Source: Octopus bimaculoides (lineage: Eukaryota). Taken from it: a stretch of 64,000 nt of DNA. A model generated the notes under the pieces. It searched no databases, was not told the DNA's origin, and worked only from the letters and a program-made list of their open reading frames with translations. The translations under genes and the position numbers were made by a program. The stretch covers positions 84,251,520-84,315,519 of the forward strand of contig NC_068990.1 in the NCBI RefSeq assembly GCF_001194135.2, written 5' to 3'. How positions within the stretch are numbered: the first letter of the stretch is position 1; the number at the start of each line of letters is the position of its first letter. This document shows, piece after piece, positions 11,880-24,800 of the stretch.

Positions 11880-12500
11880 TCTCAATATTTGACCCACAAT
11901 ACACGAGCACATATTAAGGACAGGATTATTCATTTAAGCCATTTTCATCAGTCTTGTCTACCTTCTAGCAAATTTACTGGAAGGCAACACTTCTTTGCTT
12001 TACCTTCATATTTCTTTTCAGGTGGTATTTTAAAAAAAGATCATGAGGACTTGGCCAAGGAAGAAATATGCTGTCTTAAATCCTTTCAGTTTTTACCCAT
12101 CACACTACCTTTACCCCTATAGCCACCAAGCAGAGTGACAGTACTTGTCCTTCTGAGCAAAGTTAGTGGTAGAGGCACTCTTAATAATGGATTCTTCTGA
12201 GAGCTGGATCTGACATAACTCCACAATTCAGCAGTGTTTAGGCACTGGACGAATATGCAGAGAATGGGATTGTTACTCTGGATGCATCTCAGACATGCCT
12301 AGATTACAGGACTGCCATGCATTTAAACCTTATCTTAAATTGGCATTGCCTCTGAATAGAACCACCAGACTAGGAATTTTTGGATGTTATCCATAATCCT
12401 TGAGCTGGAAGTCCACCAATAGAAACTGCTTTGTTGATCATGAAGAATGTATAGAGAATCTGCTTGAAAATTATCTCTGGTGCCCACTACTAACATTCTA
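11880..12500 (-). mobile_element. L1/Tx1-clade LINE C-terminal relic
   Basis: Degenerate zf-RVT-like and C-terminal residues (CLRC..S...ILCIFVQC...ELWSYV; LCLVA...LKG...YHLKR) with many stops. Confidence 0.5.
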
Positions 12501-12515
12501 CAGAGTGCATATTAA

Positions 12516-12735
12516 CCCTTTAGCATTTAAATCAACCATATCTGGTGAAAATATTCTACCTGTTTTATGATCAAACCAACCAGATCCAGCCTGTCACACC
12601 TAACCTACAATGTTGTTCTTAAAGTAGACTATCACATTGTCAAAATCTCAAAGGTATGAGATATAGCATATTTAATTCAAAATAATGTGAATAAATAAGC
12701 ATTACATTCAACAAAGTTATCTGAATGCTAAAGGG
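12516..12735. mobile_element. piggyBac-type MITE
   Basis: TIRs ccctttagcatt / aatgctaaaggg. TTAA on the left, TTAC on the right. Confidence 0.75.
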
Positions 12736-15169
12736 TTACTAATCCTTTGGCTGCTCTGCTTGACTGGTAGAGGATTGTGTGCACTTAACAAATTCCAGAT
12801 GTTAGGCACCTAATTATGGTTAATACCTGATCTGAGACTGCAGCTTTGTCAAAGAGACTAACTGCAAAATGATGTCCCTGACAAAAGTAACACACCTGCT
12901 CACTGTTTGAGAATCTTTGCAGATGTCACTACCTAAATAATTAATACTTTATTTAAGTCTTAAAAACTCTTTTTATAACCTAAAACTTGTGATTTTAGTA
13001 TCATTTTTTTTTTCTAAGAACACAGGTTTTACAAATAAAATGCTGAAAACTGAACCTGCCTTCACTCACACATACACACATCTCATCATTTAACATCTGT
13101 TTTCAATGCTGGCATGGGTTGGATGGTTTGACAGGATCCATCAAGCCACAAACTGCATTGAACTCCAATGTCAGCTTTGGTATAGATTCTATGACTGAAT
13201 GTCCTTCTCAACACTTTAAATAATATTTGCAATAAAAGTTCAATCCTAGGTTAAGCCATTTCACTTCATCNNNNNNNNNNNNNNNNNNNNNNNNNNNNNN
13301 NNNNNNNNNNNNNNNNNNNNNNNNNNNNNNNNNNNNNNNNNNNNNNNNNNNNNNNNNNNNNNNNNNNNNNNNNNNNNNNNNNNNNNNNNNNNNNTATATA
13401 TACACACACACATATATATATAAAGACAATAACTGGAATGACTGACCTGTAGAACTTCAATGATTTCTATTATTGGCTGACTGCCAAATTTTTATGAGGG
13501 AAGATATGTTGTAGATTTAATCAGACCATGTACTATTGGCCTCATATTTCTTACATTCACCTCCATAAAAAGAGGGCGTGAATGAAAAATAATTTGACTA
13601 GTCTACCTCTCATTGGTGATTTGATGCAAAATGTCAAGAAGCAAAATACTATACATTGTAAGTTGATAGTTTAGTTTAGTGACCGACTGACACTCAATTA
13701 TTGTATGTTTATTGCTGGTTAATCCTAGAGAAGCCATGATTAAGTATTATGTATGATTAAAGGCATTGCAGCCACGAGTGTCCTGCCGTTTCCTTTTTGT
13801 GTTAAGACAGAGTGGATCTAAAAGCGTATTATTAATTAAATAAAATGTCATTCTGTTTTTAAGATTATCAAGTGATTTTTGAGATGTGATGTATGTGGCT
13901 GCTAATTCTTGCCATTCAAGCAGCCACATACACGTTTTTACAAAATGTGACAAAGCTTTTTACCACAATCATTCTTATCACTGTTGCTACTATGACCACC
14001 ACTACCACCACTAAAACTTACTATCTCCACTGCCACAAGTAATGTTACCCCTATAACCATCACAACAAATAATATCATCACCACCACCACCACCATCAAC
14101 GGTACTATAACCACCACAACCATTACACCACCAGTGCTGTTATCCCTGCCACTTTCTCTACTGTAATACTGCAACCATTACCATCATCACCACAATGACT
14201 GTTACATAATTCACTGTTACGCAATATACAAGTGTGAGAAGTTGTCTTTGTACATGCACTCATACGCACATACATGCTCACACACACATGAATGGTTTCT
14301 CTTCTTACAGGAAGTTAAAGTAATTTGTAGATGAAGTCCTTTAGGGTCACTGATAAATGTTAAATGTTGTTGGAAATGTGATTGTTTAGTGAGAAGTAAA
14401 TGTAATTAAAAAAGTAAATTAGACATCACACATGCACATATACACACATACATTCTTATGCTCTCCACATGCAAATATCAGCATTTAAGCCCCTAAATAT
14501 TTATACACCAGTTATTCCTCCATACATCCATATGCATACACATGCAATATATTCATGCACAAAACACACATACACACACATCTCTCTATATACAGACAGG
14601 CAAAGACACATGCTCACAAGCTCATACATGTTTATATATACAGAAATATATTCACAAACATATACTTAAGAAAGAAAATCTCTATAAGAGACGAAAGCAG
14701 TGTGTTTTGCACTCAATATATATTGCAAGTGGGGAGACAACTCCCTTCTATCCCTGCTATCAAGACCATCAGACCACGCAGTTTCGACCTTATTATGGTC
14801 ATTCTCAGTGGTGGGTACTTGTCTGCTGGACATAGCAGTAGTTCACCCCAGCTTGCATTATATGGAAAATAAGTGACACACAATCTCTGATTTTGCAATA
14901 AGCAAATTATCCCATTAAGAAAATCTCTATAAGAGATGAAAGCAGTATCTATATTGAGAAGTACATATACTTAAAGTTTTCTATTCATTCTGATTATTAC
15001 CATCTTCTCCATCAGTTGTAGATTCTTTGATCACTGTGCATCCTAATCCTTGATGTACAGCTTCAGTTACAAGTGAGATATGTAAAAGTTTTTATTGGAG
15101 AGGCCAGATCTAAATCTGCATGCATATATGCCTCTTTTTTACATTTCTGGGTGTACTGGGTACATTTTA

Positions 15170-15696
15170 CATCCATATCTCCAATTTCCCTTCAATAGAG
15201 AAATCAGCAAAGAGAATGGCAGATAGAAATATTTTCTATTCTTAAAAGGTTTATCTTTCATTTCTGCAAAGTGTCTTTGAACTGATCTTTAAACAGCTTC
15301 TTTGGTCCTCCAGCTAGGTATTGACTATAGTGTAGCCAGCCATAGAAGATCCTATGTAGAAGACTTTTATCAGATATGTGTACTATCTCAGAAGATTCAT
15401 ATAAAGTGTGGATTCAATGTTGCTGGTGTTCATTTGGTTGTTCCTCCTCCCCCTCATCACCATCCTTGTCATCATTTAAGATCTACTTTACCATACTTGT
15501 ATGGGTTAGACAGAATTTATTGAATTTATTATTTCTGTGGCTGGATGCCCTTCCAGTTGCCAACCCTCATTTGTTTCTAAGCAGAGTAATATTTCCCCAT
15601 GACCAGACATGTTTGTCACAGAAGACTAAAAATGAATAACATGGCTTGTATGACAGTGATGCTTATATATAAGCATCACATGATGTCAAAACAAAG

Positions 15697-15750
<54 letters not shown>

Positions 15751-16800
15751 AATGATCTTCCAGTTTCAGTCAATCAAATCCACTCACAAGGGTTTGGTCA
15801 GCCCAAGACTATAGTAGAAGACACTTGCCTAAGATGCCGCACAATCGAACCAAACCTGAAGCCACGTGGCTGGGAAGCACACAGCAATGCTTGCACCTAC
15901 ATTTGTGTGTGTATAATTCTATTTTGCTAGGTACCTGAAAGTGTATTTAGCTAACACTGGATGTTAACGGTCTTAATGATCTAAATGTGTTAATTGCAGG
16001 TGATCCATATCTTGTATCCATATTGGTTAAAGGAAACGCTGATGGTTTGGTAGATAAGGACCTAAGTATTAAGGGTGATATACTTGTCTAGAAAGGCTTT
16101 CTCTCTGATCCTTTGAAAGGATATAGAGACCTGTCTGAAACAGTTTAGAATCTCATCACTCAATGTGTAGTTGTAGGAAATGTTGCTTCTTAGGTGTCTG
16201 AATTGGGAGAGTGTAGTGGCTGTTGCTATAGTACTGAGAAAGCGGGGATGAAAGAGGTAACTACAGCGCACCATTGATCAATAACATCAGTTTTCTGAAT
16301 GGCCTGTTTTTTTTGTAAAGTGTAACAGCTGTCAACGATGATGGCTGATTGAGTTTCTGGAGTTGTGAGCCACCACAACACAGCCGTCGGTATACTGTAG
16401 TTCAATGTTTTGTTAAACCCACAGCTTTCTAATGTTGAAAAAAGTTTCTATTGAGTTGGAAGTTAATAGTAAGTCCTGCCTCTCTTTGTAACACAGATTT
16501 CTTGTAACACAGATTTCTTTGTAACACAGATTTCTGACTTCCATCAATAACATGAGCCATCAGCTCTGTGTGAAATTAGTGGACAAGGTTCTTAAAATTG
16601 AACAGCTAACAAAACTTTCTTAAGACATCCCATAGAAAATCCTGTTTGTGGTGTAAAAATGATGACAGATTTAAAAATGCGGTAAACAGGGCCTGATGTT
16701 GCTCTCTTATTTCTGATTGACTACCAAAAATAGCACAATCTTTCCTTAATGGTGATTGCACCAGTAAATGTAAAAGTACTAATACACATACCTGAACTAT
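15170..16800 (-). mobile_element. RTE (BovB-like) LINE reverse-transcriptase relic, interrupted by SINEs at ~15490-15900
   Basis: REQHQALFTAFLNLS...LWDVLRKF; ELQYTDGCVVVAH (degenerate YADD); LRSNISYNYTLSDEI...ITLNT; GGPKKLFKDQFK. Confidence 0.7.
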
Positions 16801-17103
16801 ATCTAATGTTAGTTTTATAATTACATGTTTTAGTGTAAACAAAATATCAACTTTAAAGCAACATAGGCCAGAGAACAATAAATTGTCTTTTAAAATAATT
16901 ATCAGCAGGTAAGTAGTATAAAGCCATTAAGCAACAACTGTTTAAGAAAGTGACTAGAATTCTTGTCACAGATATGGGTGTGTATATAGCGTGTGTATGG
17001 GTATTTTAAAATATGCTAATAAAATTTGAAATGCTACTTTAAAAAAAAAATGTATCTTTATTACATTGCTGTCATCATTATTATGTCCCCCTTTTCCATG
17101 CTT

Positions 17104-17138
<35 letters not shown>

Positions 17139-17740
17139 TAATTGCAGAATAAAACCGTTAGGTCATCGACTCGAAAAGCCGTAGCCCACCAATGACCACA
17201 TATAAGAAGTACAACATAGACCACAAAAACCAAATTAGTAAAGGGAGGTCAAAATTTTTATACATAAGAATAAAAATCAATTAACAATACAATAGAATAA
17301 TATAAATAAAATAAATAAACAGCCATTAAAAATTGATTAAAAATATTAGAGACTGGTACAAATACAGTAGAATAAATAGATATCTGGTGTAGCCATCCGG
17401 TTTCACTAGTCCTCAGTCAAATCGTCCAACCCATGCTAGCATGGAAAGCGGACGTTAAACGATGATGATGATGATGATGATATAGAAAAAATATAGAGAA
17501 AAAAATATAATACATAGGGAGACGTAGCACAACAGTTCATTCGCTGAGGCCAATAGCCAACAAAAGAAGTTCAAGATAAATAGTACGAAAGTTCAACTAC
17601 CTGCCTCATGACAGCAAATTTAGTAGGTAAAATCCAATTTCATAAACAGGAATACCGAAGCGCACGGGACAAAACAACAACAGAACATCCAAAGTGAGGC
17701 AAAGTAAAATCCAAGTTTCACCATTCCGCAGGTAACATCT

Positions 17741-18454
17741 ACAATTAAGTGTTCCTACTCTGGAATGCCAAATTTAGCATCCATTATTGCCTCTTTAAAT
17801 AGGAATAAAATAAATAAGTTAAAGATATGCGAATGTACGCTACAGGGAAACCCTGTTTCAAATAAAACCAACTGTAAACCACACGACGATGGTGGAACGG
17901 GCCCTTCATTCCCTCGGATTATGCCTAAATCTGGGAATGAGATAAGTGGAATGGTTGATAAGAATAAATTTCTGAGGGCGGTTAATAATGCTGGAAATGA
18001 CTTTAAGGGTGGCCGTAAAAAATTATGTAATTGTAAGGACCCTTCTTTATGTCCTCTCGGCGGACTTTGTTTGTCCACAAACGTAGTGTATAAATGTGTA
18101 GTCAGAGATGAGGACAAACAAAATAAGTTTTATATTGGAAGTTCAGTGAATTTTAAAGCCAGGTATAGGGCGCACATGAGTTCCTTTTCTAATGAGAATT
18201 ATTATAATTCCACAACACTCGCCTCTTAGCTACATGACCTCAAGAGGAGGAATAAGAAGTACTATCTTGAATGGTCAATCTTATCTAGAACCCCCCAATT
18301 TAGGGCTAATATTAGCAAGTGCTTATTATGCATTAGGGAATCCCTTTCCATTCTTAGGTCTTTTGGGCCGAAAACCTTGAATAAGTTTATCGAGGTAATC
18401 CCTCTTTGCAATCATAAATTTTCCTCCACCTTCCTAAAACTATATAAAAATAGG
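17741..18454 (+). pseudogene. Penelope-like GIY-YIG endonuclease domain, one in-frame TAG at 18227-18229
   Basis: TIKCSYSGMPN...CNCKDPSLCPLGGLCL..VVYKC...FYIGSS..FKARYRAH...TLAS*LHDLK...EWSIL...KCLLCIRE...LNK..E...CNHK. Confidence 0.9.
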
Positions 18455-18789
18455 AATAAGAACAAAAATAAGTATTAGTAGTAGTAATAATGGTAGTAAT
18501 GGTGATAGTAATGGTAATGATAGTAAATAAATAGACAAAAATAATTGATATTAAAATAATCATAAAAATATGAGTACAATGGTAGTATTTATTTTTTATC
18601 ATGGTTTACGTTGGATTTGAAACCTAATAGTTTTAGTTACCAAACCTGCCTGACTATTCTAAAGGGTATACTAAAAATTAGATTTTTTTTTTTTTTTTGG
18701 TCTAGTCCATTTTATTATTTATTTAAGCTTGCTCTCATAATTATAATGTTTTTGATTGGTGACTTCGTTGAGGTCTGTGTGTCTTTTTT

Positions 18790-18872
18790 TACCCTGAAGA
18801 AGGGGTTATCACCAATTTGTGCTCTATTGTGCATTTAAATACAGTGATATACCCCCGAAATGGCCATAGGTG
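18790..18872 (+). ncRNA. Type I hammerhead ribozyme of the Penelope pLTR
   Basis: tacc-CTGAAGA(18794-18800)-a-ggggttatcac...gtgatataccccc-GAAA(18857-18860)-TGGCCA palindrome-TA-ggtg. Predicted cleavage after 18868. Confidence 0.8.
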
Positions 18873-19627
18873 TTCTGTGTTTGTGTTCCACCTATACTCG
18901 TAATCCACTGTAAATGATGTTTATGGTTTGACTTTACTGATGTTACCTGCGGAATGGTGAAACTTGGATTTTACTTTGCCTCACTTTGGATGTTCTGTTG
19001 TTGCTTTGTCCCGTGCGCTTCGGTATTCCTGTTTATGAAATTGGATTTTACCTACTAAATTTGCTGTCATGAGGCAGGTAGTTGAACTTTCGTACTATTT
19101 ATCTTGAACTTCTTTTGTTGGCTATTGGCCTCAGCGAATGAACTGTTGGACTACGTCTCCCTATGTATTATTTTTTTTTCTCTATATTTTTTCTATATCA
19201 TCATCATCATCATCATTTAACGTCCGCTTTCCATGCTAGCATGGGTTGGACGATTTGACTGAGGACTGGTGAAACCGGATGGCTACACCAGATATCTATT
19301 TATTCTACTGTATTTGTACCAGTCTCTAATATTTTTAATCAATTTTTAATCGCTGTTTATTTATTTTATTTATATTATTCTATTGTATTTTTAATCGATT
19401 TTTATTCTTATGTATAAGAATTTTGACCTCCCTTTACTAATTTAGTTTTTGTGGTCTATGTTGTACTTCTTATATATGGTCATTGGTGGGCTACGGCTTT
19501 TCGAGTCGATGACCTAACGGTTTTATTCTGCAATTAACTTTGTACCTATGGCTCAACTAGTTTGAGCACTTCTTTCATAGCCTTGTATAAATTCCTGGTT
19601 TTCTAATAAAAAACTGTTAATATTGAA

Positions 19628-19668
<41 letters not shown>

Positions 19669-21397
19669 CGAGAGAGAGAGAGAGTTCTGTTGTTTAGCTT
19701 GTCATGCCATGTGGGCATTGCCTGAAGATTGTGCCAAGGTACCAGATGGGGACTCCATGTGGTCTGGTGACTGAGGCCATCTCTGCAAAGGTGAGATGAT
19801 AGGGGAGGCATGTTTGAGGCATACATATGATGTGTCCTAACCAACAGAGATGGTGTCGTGCCACAGTAACTTCAATACTAGGTAGTCCAGCCCAGAGCAG
19901 AACCTCTTCATTGGTAGTGTAGTCCTTCCATCAAATTTTCATAATTATGTAAAGTTTGTGCTGTTGGAAACATTCAATTTTCTTCAAGTCTCATCGATGC
20001 AACACTTACATCTCACAGCTGCGGAAGAGTGTTAAAATATATATACACACAGGCACTTACATTCACACTTACACACACATATGCACACACAATGCATATA
20101 TTTGGAGTTACTGCCCCCCTAGACAGGTAGCCTGCAATGCGGCTTGCAGAGACCAAGTCATGGTCTCCATCCAATCTATGTTTGCATGCTTCATCTCCTC
20201 ATTTCTGTCTTTATTCATCTATGTGCATCTCACTCTCTCTGTCAACCTTCTGACTGACTGCTGTGTCGTTTCTCTTCTCTCTCTTATTTGTTTCTTACTC
20301 TTACTACTACTACAATGGTTAATACTCTTCTGAATACACTGGTTCTTCACTGTCATAGGCAAATAGTTGGTGAAAAAGAGCCCTCTGTTTGGCTGTACCC
20401 TTTTTCTCTATCTTGTTTACCATACTAAGACAACCATAGTGTCTCTCTACCTACTGTTCATATGCCTTTTGAGTATGATAAAAACACATGCACACAGATA
20501 CACATACACACACACATGCACACTCACACATGCTTACACACACACTTACACCTGCATACATAAACACTGAAAAAATTTACTTGTGTCCCTTTACATTGCA
20601 AGTTCTAATTTTGCTGTGGTCAAATATGACAGGGCTGATATCTAAACACGAAGATTGGAGAGTGGAAATATGTTGATATCTCTGTCAAATCTGTAGCTTT
20701 GTGCCAACATTAGATTCAACCGAAAGATGAAATAGCAAATAATATTTAATAAAATAGTGTTATTAATAAGCACAGAATTAGGAAATATATTACCTGTTTG
20801 CCAGCAGTATATTACTTGAACTGTGACAAGGCTGACTGATTGACAAAATAACATTATTGACATGAATATGCTTCAATTTTGTTGTCCTGAAATGTAACAC
20901 GAAAGCAGAACAAACACAACACTCTACAAAAGAGTGTTGAGGGTCTATATATACATTGTGTGTGTGTGTGTGTGTGTGTGAACAAACAGAAGTAGCAGTC
21001 ATTATGTAGTTGGAGTTATCCAGTAGTTCCTTATACTACTTAAAGTTCTGTAGATATGAAAGAAAAAAAAAACCATGACCAGCTCCTTGGACCATTTTCA
21101 CCCCCATGTCTGAGGAACTAGTCATGTTTTTTCATCCACGAAACTTCAAGTAACCTTAGGAATTATCACTCTCTCTCCCTCTCTTTACATATATATATAT
21201 AATATTTAATGCACACAATATACAGATACAAGCTACTAATTGTTTCTGTTTGGAGATGCGAGTCTTATGCTTATCTTTATGCTGTATCCATTAAATAATA
21301 TTTATCTCCCACTGGATGGAGTACTCTTTATTGCTGATTGTACCTTAATGAAACAGTAAACTCTCTCTCTCTCTATATATATATATTTGTAATAATG

Positions 21398-21857
21398 TAG
21401 TCAAACCAAATAGCGATATTTCTGAAAACATTTAATATGTATGTTTCAGGTTTGCATAATATATAACAGGAAAGGCATCCATTATGTAAACCTTCCTCAG
21501 TTAAAGCATTTAAAAAATATGGCGAAATTAATGGAAAAAAATTTCAATATATATGCTGTTAGAGCAGTAAGTTGGCTACTAAGTTAAGAGATTAGATATG
21601 TATAGAGAGAGGGAGAAAGAAGGAGAGAGAGAGTCTCTCTTCCCCTCTTTATACATATCTATTCTCCTAACCTAGAAGCCGACTTACTGATCTAGCCATA
21701 TATAGATTGAAATAAATATTCCCATCAATATTTCCATATTTTGAAATGATTTAATTGGAAAAGGTTTACGTAATAGAGGCATTTCCTATTTTATATCATG
21801 CAAACCTGAAATGTGCATATTAAATGACTTTTAAAATAGTACTATTTGGTTCGACTT
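21398..21857. mobile_element. Foldback (whole-length palindromic) MITE-like element
   Basis: The left ~230 bp aligns to the reverse complement of the right ~230 bp at roughly 75-80%. Centre near 21630. Confidence 0.75.
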
Positions 21858-22375
21858 CTTTACTATGACTAACACGATTTGATGCCAGTACCAACTAGCT
21901 GGTTTTGACTCCACCACATATGTGGACACTCTAACAATGATTTGGAGTAGTTTATTATGTTTAACATGTAGAAAATTCCAGTACTGTACCCTGCTCCTTA
22001 GCATAATATCACACACACACATGCACATACTAGAGATATCACAAGCATGCATAAGTCTGTAGTATGTATCATGCTCTTGTTAATTGTTTTAGGTACCTAA
22101 ATAGTTGTGAGCAGACACAGATGTCCACTTGGCCTCCCATCCTTGATTCAATGTAGCTTCCAGGATATGACAACTAGAGCGAGAGAGGGCTGCACCAGCG
22201 CTCAGCTTGTACTCAATTCTGTTGTGTAAACTGGAGCACAAGGACACAAAGCATTATTCATTCCAGTATTCAAACTCCATGACCTTATGGTTGTGAACCC
22301 AACATTCTAAATACTAAACCTTGGGCCTGCTCACCCCCCCCCCACACACACATGTGAGTCTGTAGTAGATGTATA

Positions 22376-22582
22376 CAAGGGGGGTGCTGAAAAGTTTCTG
22401 GCTTTGGGTAAAAGAAAATACAGGAGGGTCAGTTAAGTATGAATATATTCAACATATTCTCCTCTCTGGTTCACACACTTTTTGCAGCAGTCCTTCGGTT
22501 TTTCTAAGCCCTGTAAAAAAAAAATTCAGAAGGTTGGGTCTGCAACCAAGCCTTTTGCAATATTCTTTCCAGCACCACCTCG
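22376..22582. mobile_element. Mariner-type MITE
   Basis: TIRs caaggggggtgctgaaaag / ctttccagcaccacctcg, TA flanks. Confidence 0.7.
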
Positions 22583-24072
22583 TATGTATAATGTATACGC
22601 ATATGTATGATGTTTCAACCCAGCTAACATGTGGATTCAATGAAAGCAAGCTGGAAAGTAATGAAATTAAACCTGTTCTATTTAGTTGATGTAACAGATG
22701 TCAACAAGGGTGTGATATTGTAACAGTTGCAGCCTGTAAGAGCTTTTGGTTTGTTAATTGTTGCACCACTAAATGTGTTGCATCGCTGCATAATGTAATG
22801 GTTGTTGTGTCACTACCAAGTTGCACTGACTGTTGAAACAACTGTTATTTAGAATGTTGGTTGTTAGAATGGCCATACTCTGTTATCAGCAATTATGTAT
22901 ACATGTTGTTACAGCATAATAGTAATTGCTGATTAGTTGGGAAGAGTTAAACCAATTAATTTTAGTAAATTTATTCAGACGACTGGTACATCACATGTTA
23001 CATTTATTAAAAAAATGTGTGTTTGCTAACCTTTGTTCTCTTTTATTTATTTATATATGTATTTATATTTTCTGTATTCATGCATTAATTGTGGACTTTG
23101 TTATTTATTTCCACAATTTATGCTTGTGCATTCCATAAGACATTGTCTTTGTTATTGTAATCTAATATATATATATATATATATATATATTGTGTGTGTG
23201 TGTGTTTGTGTGTTCCTATCTATCAACCCATCCATCTGTCGGTTTATCTTTCTATCCATCTATCCATCAATCTACCTATCATCCAGGTTCCACTAACAGA
23301 ATGAGTGAATCAACAACATAGGCTAGCGATAATGTGGGATTAATGAGTTAGATAATGAATAGAAAGTCAAAGGTTGATAGATGAACCACTCTTATTGCCA
23401 GCTAAAACCAAAACATCAAGAAATAAGATTAATTAAATTATGAATTAAGATGGAACACTTGTGGAAGGTATCTGTTCAGTCTACTATCTTGTTCATACTA
23501 TTCTCAGTGATTAAGTCTTTTCTACAAGGACAAAGAAATAAGACTAGCATCTGTAATGTTCGCTCTAAGACCCTTTTACGTTTTATCAATGAGGATTGGC
23601 CCTGTTGACTTTTTTAGATGAAGGATACAATTGAGAAAAATTGATAATTTTCCCTGTGACATCGAACCAGTCTCATGGTGTCTGTTTTCTGGGTGATTAC
23701 CACATATACCATGATATTTGCTACTGAGCTAACGAATGAACACTATCTCTTAGTGTTCATAGATCAGTTTTAACTCCACTACTACTGTAACCATATTCCA
23801 CACCTTTGCCCATGACTTGGTTATCAATTTGCTATCAGATTTTTATCGATGTTGCTTTAAGTGTACAAACTGTAAAATTAGTTTACATGTAAAAACTTGT
23901 TTTGAAAACTCATGTCACTGAAATCAGTGTTTTTATATTTGCTCAGGTCATAACTTTCATATTAATTCCATTCAGCTGTCCTTAATCATGTCTTAGCCAG
24001 GTTGGATTTGAAGAGCATAAAATCCCAACAAGGCAACTCGCTTATTTTCTCTTGTGGAATATTTATTTAGTT

Positions 24073-24386
24073 CAGGGGTTCTTTGATTACTATTTTATCT
24101 TGGTGGACCCCTAAAGGCATGCGATATTTAAAAACTAGTTTCATAGAAACCTCTTTCAAAATTCCTATTTTGTTTTTCACACATTCACTTGTTTAGGTTG
24201 AACTACGTAAAATGTTAGCGAAAGAAACCTAGCTGTTTCATGTAATACAAACAGCTAAAACAAAATTTTTTTCAGGAGCCCTTAGAACACTATTGTGGAT
24301 CCCCGATTTACTATTTTGTTATGTGGAACCCCTAAAATCTCATATGGACTCTCAGGTGCCATATGGATCCCAGTTGAGAACCACTG
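24073..24386. mobile_element. hAT (Charlie-like) MITE
   Basis: Ends caggggttc...gaaccactg with a perfect 8-bp TSD atttagtt. Same family as 51019-51370 and the partial copies at 29075-29270 and 34098-34220. Confidence 0.85.
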
Positions 24387-24419
24387 ATTTAGTTGAAGGA
24401 AAATGGGGAAGAGAGTATC

Positions 24420-24800
24420 CATAGCTTTTGTAGGCCCATCCAGACAGGTGTGGTTGTTGTTTAGCTTGAACCTTGGCCTCTATCTATAAGGAAAATGAAA
24501 GCAGAACAGGACTTCTATAGGTTTTCAGTTTTAGTGAGGAAAGGACTGGGTAAAATATTCAGTTGAGAGGTTTACTGAATAAATCACTGTAAATTTAAGA
24601 GGAAGGAAGGCTGTGTTGGGTGGTACATGGCTTGCTGGTTCAGAAGAGCAGAAGCCTTATGGAAGAGGTGTGTTGAAGAAATGGCATATCAGTGAATAGG
24701 TGATTTAGTATGTTGATAAGTGAACATTTACAAAGCAAACTACTACTGAATTGTTTGGGATGGGATGTAGGGAACAGTCTAGGGTGTACGTGTAGCTGCT
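24420..24800 (-). mobile_element. Possible highly decayed Penelope-type RT relic
   Basis: Weak motif RFKLNNNHTCLDGPTKAMDT resembling F.FNN.HY.Q..GTAMG. Many stops. Confidence 0.3.

Larger units (their letters stand above)
17134..19620 (+). mobile_element. Penelope-like element: 5'-truncated GIY-YIG region with inverted pLTR arms, inserted in (TA)n
   Basis: Arms 17134-17739 and 18939-19541 are inverted copies (~98% identical by eye). They flank an endonuclease ORF and a hammerhead. TA tracts at 17106-17133 and 19632-19667. Confidence 0.9.

Noticed and set aside
13938-14230. Hydrophobic or Thr/His-rich ORFs from ACC/ATC repeats (also 39085-39290, 41948-42309, 59632-59886)
   Set aside because: Degenerate trinucleotide microsatellites with no splice or homology support.
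16484-16535. Three tandem 16-17-bp units (tttcttgtaacacaga), and other short arrays, as CRISPR-like
   Set aside because: No unique spacers, eukaryotic context and no cas genes. A simple slippage duplication.
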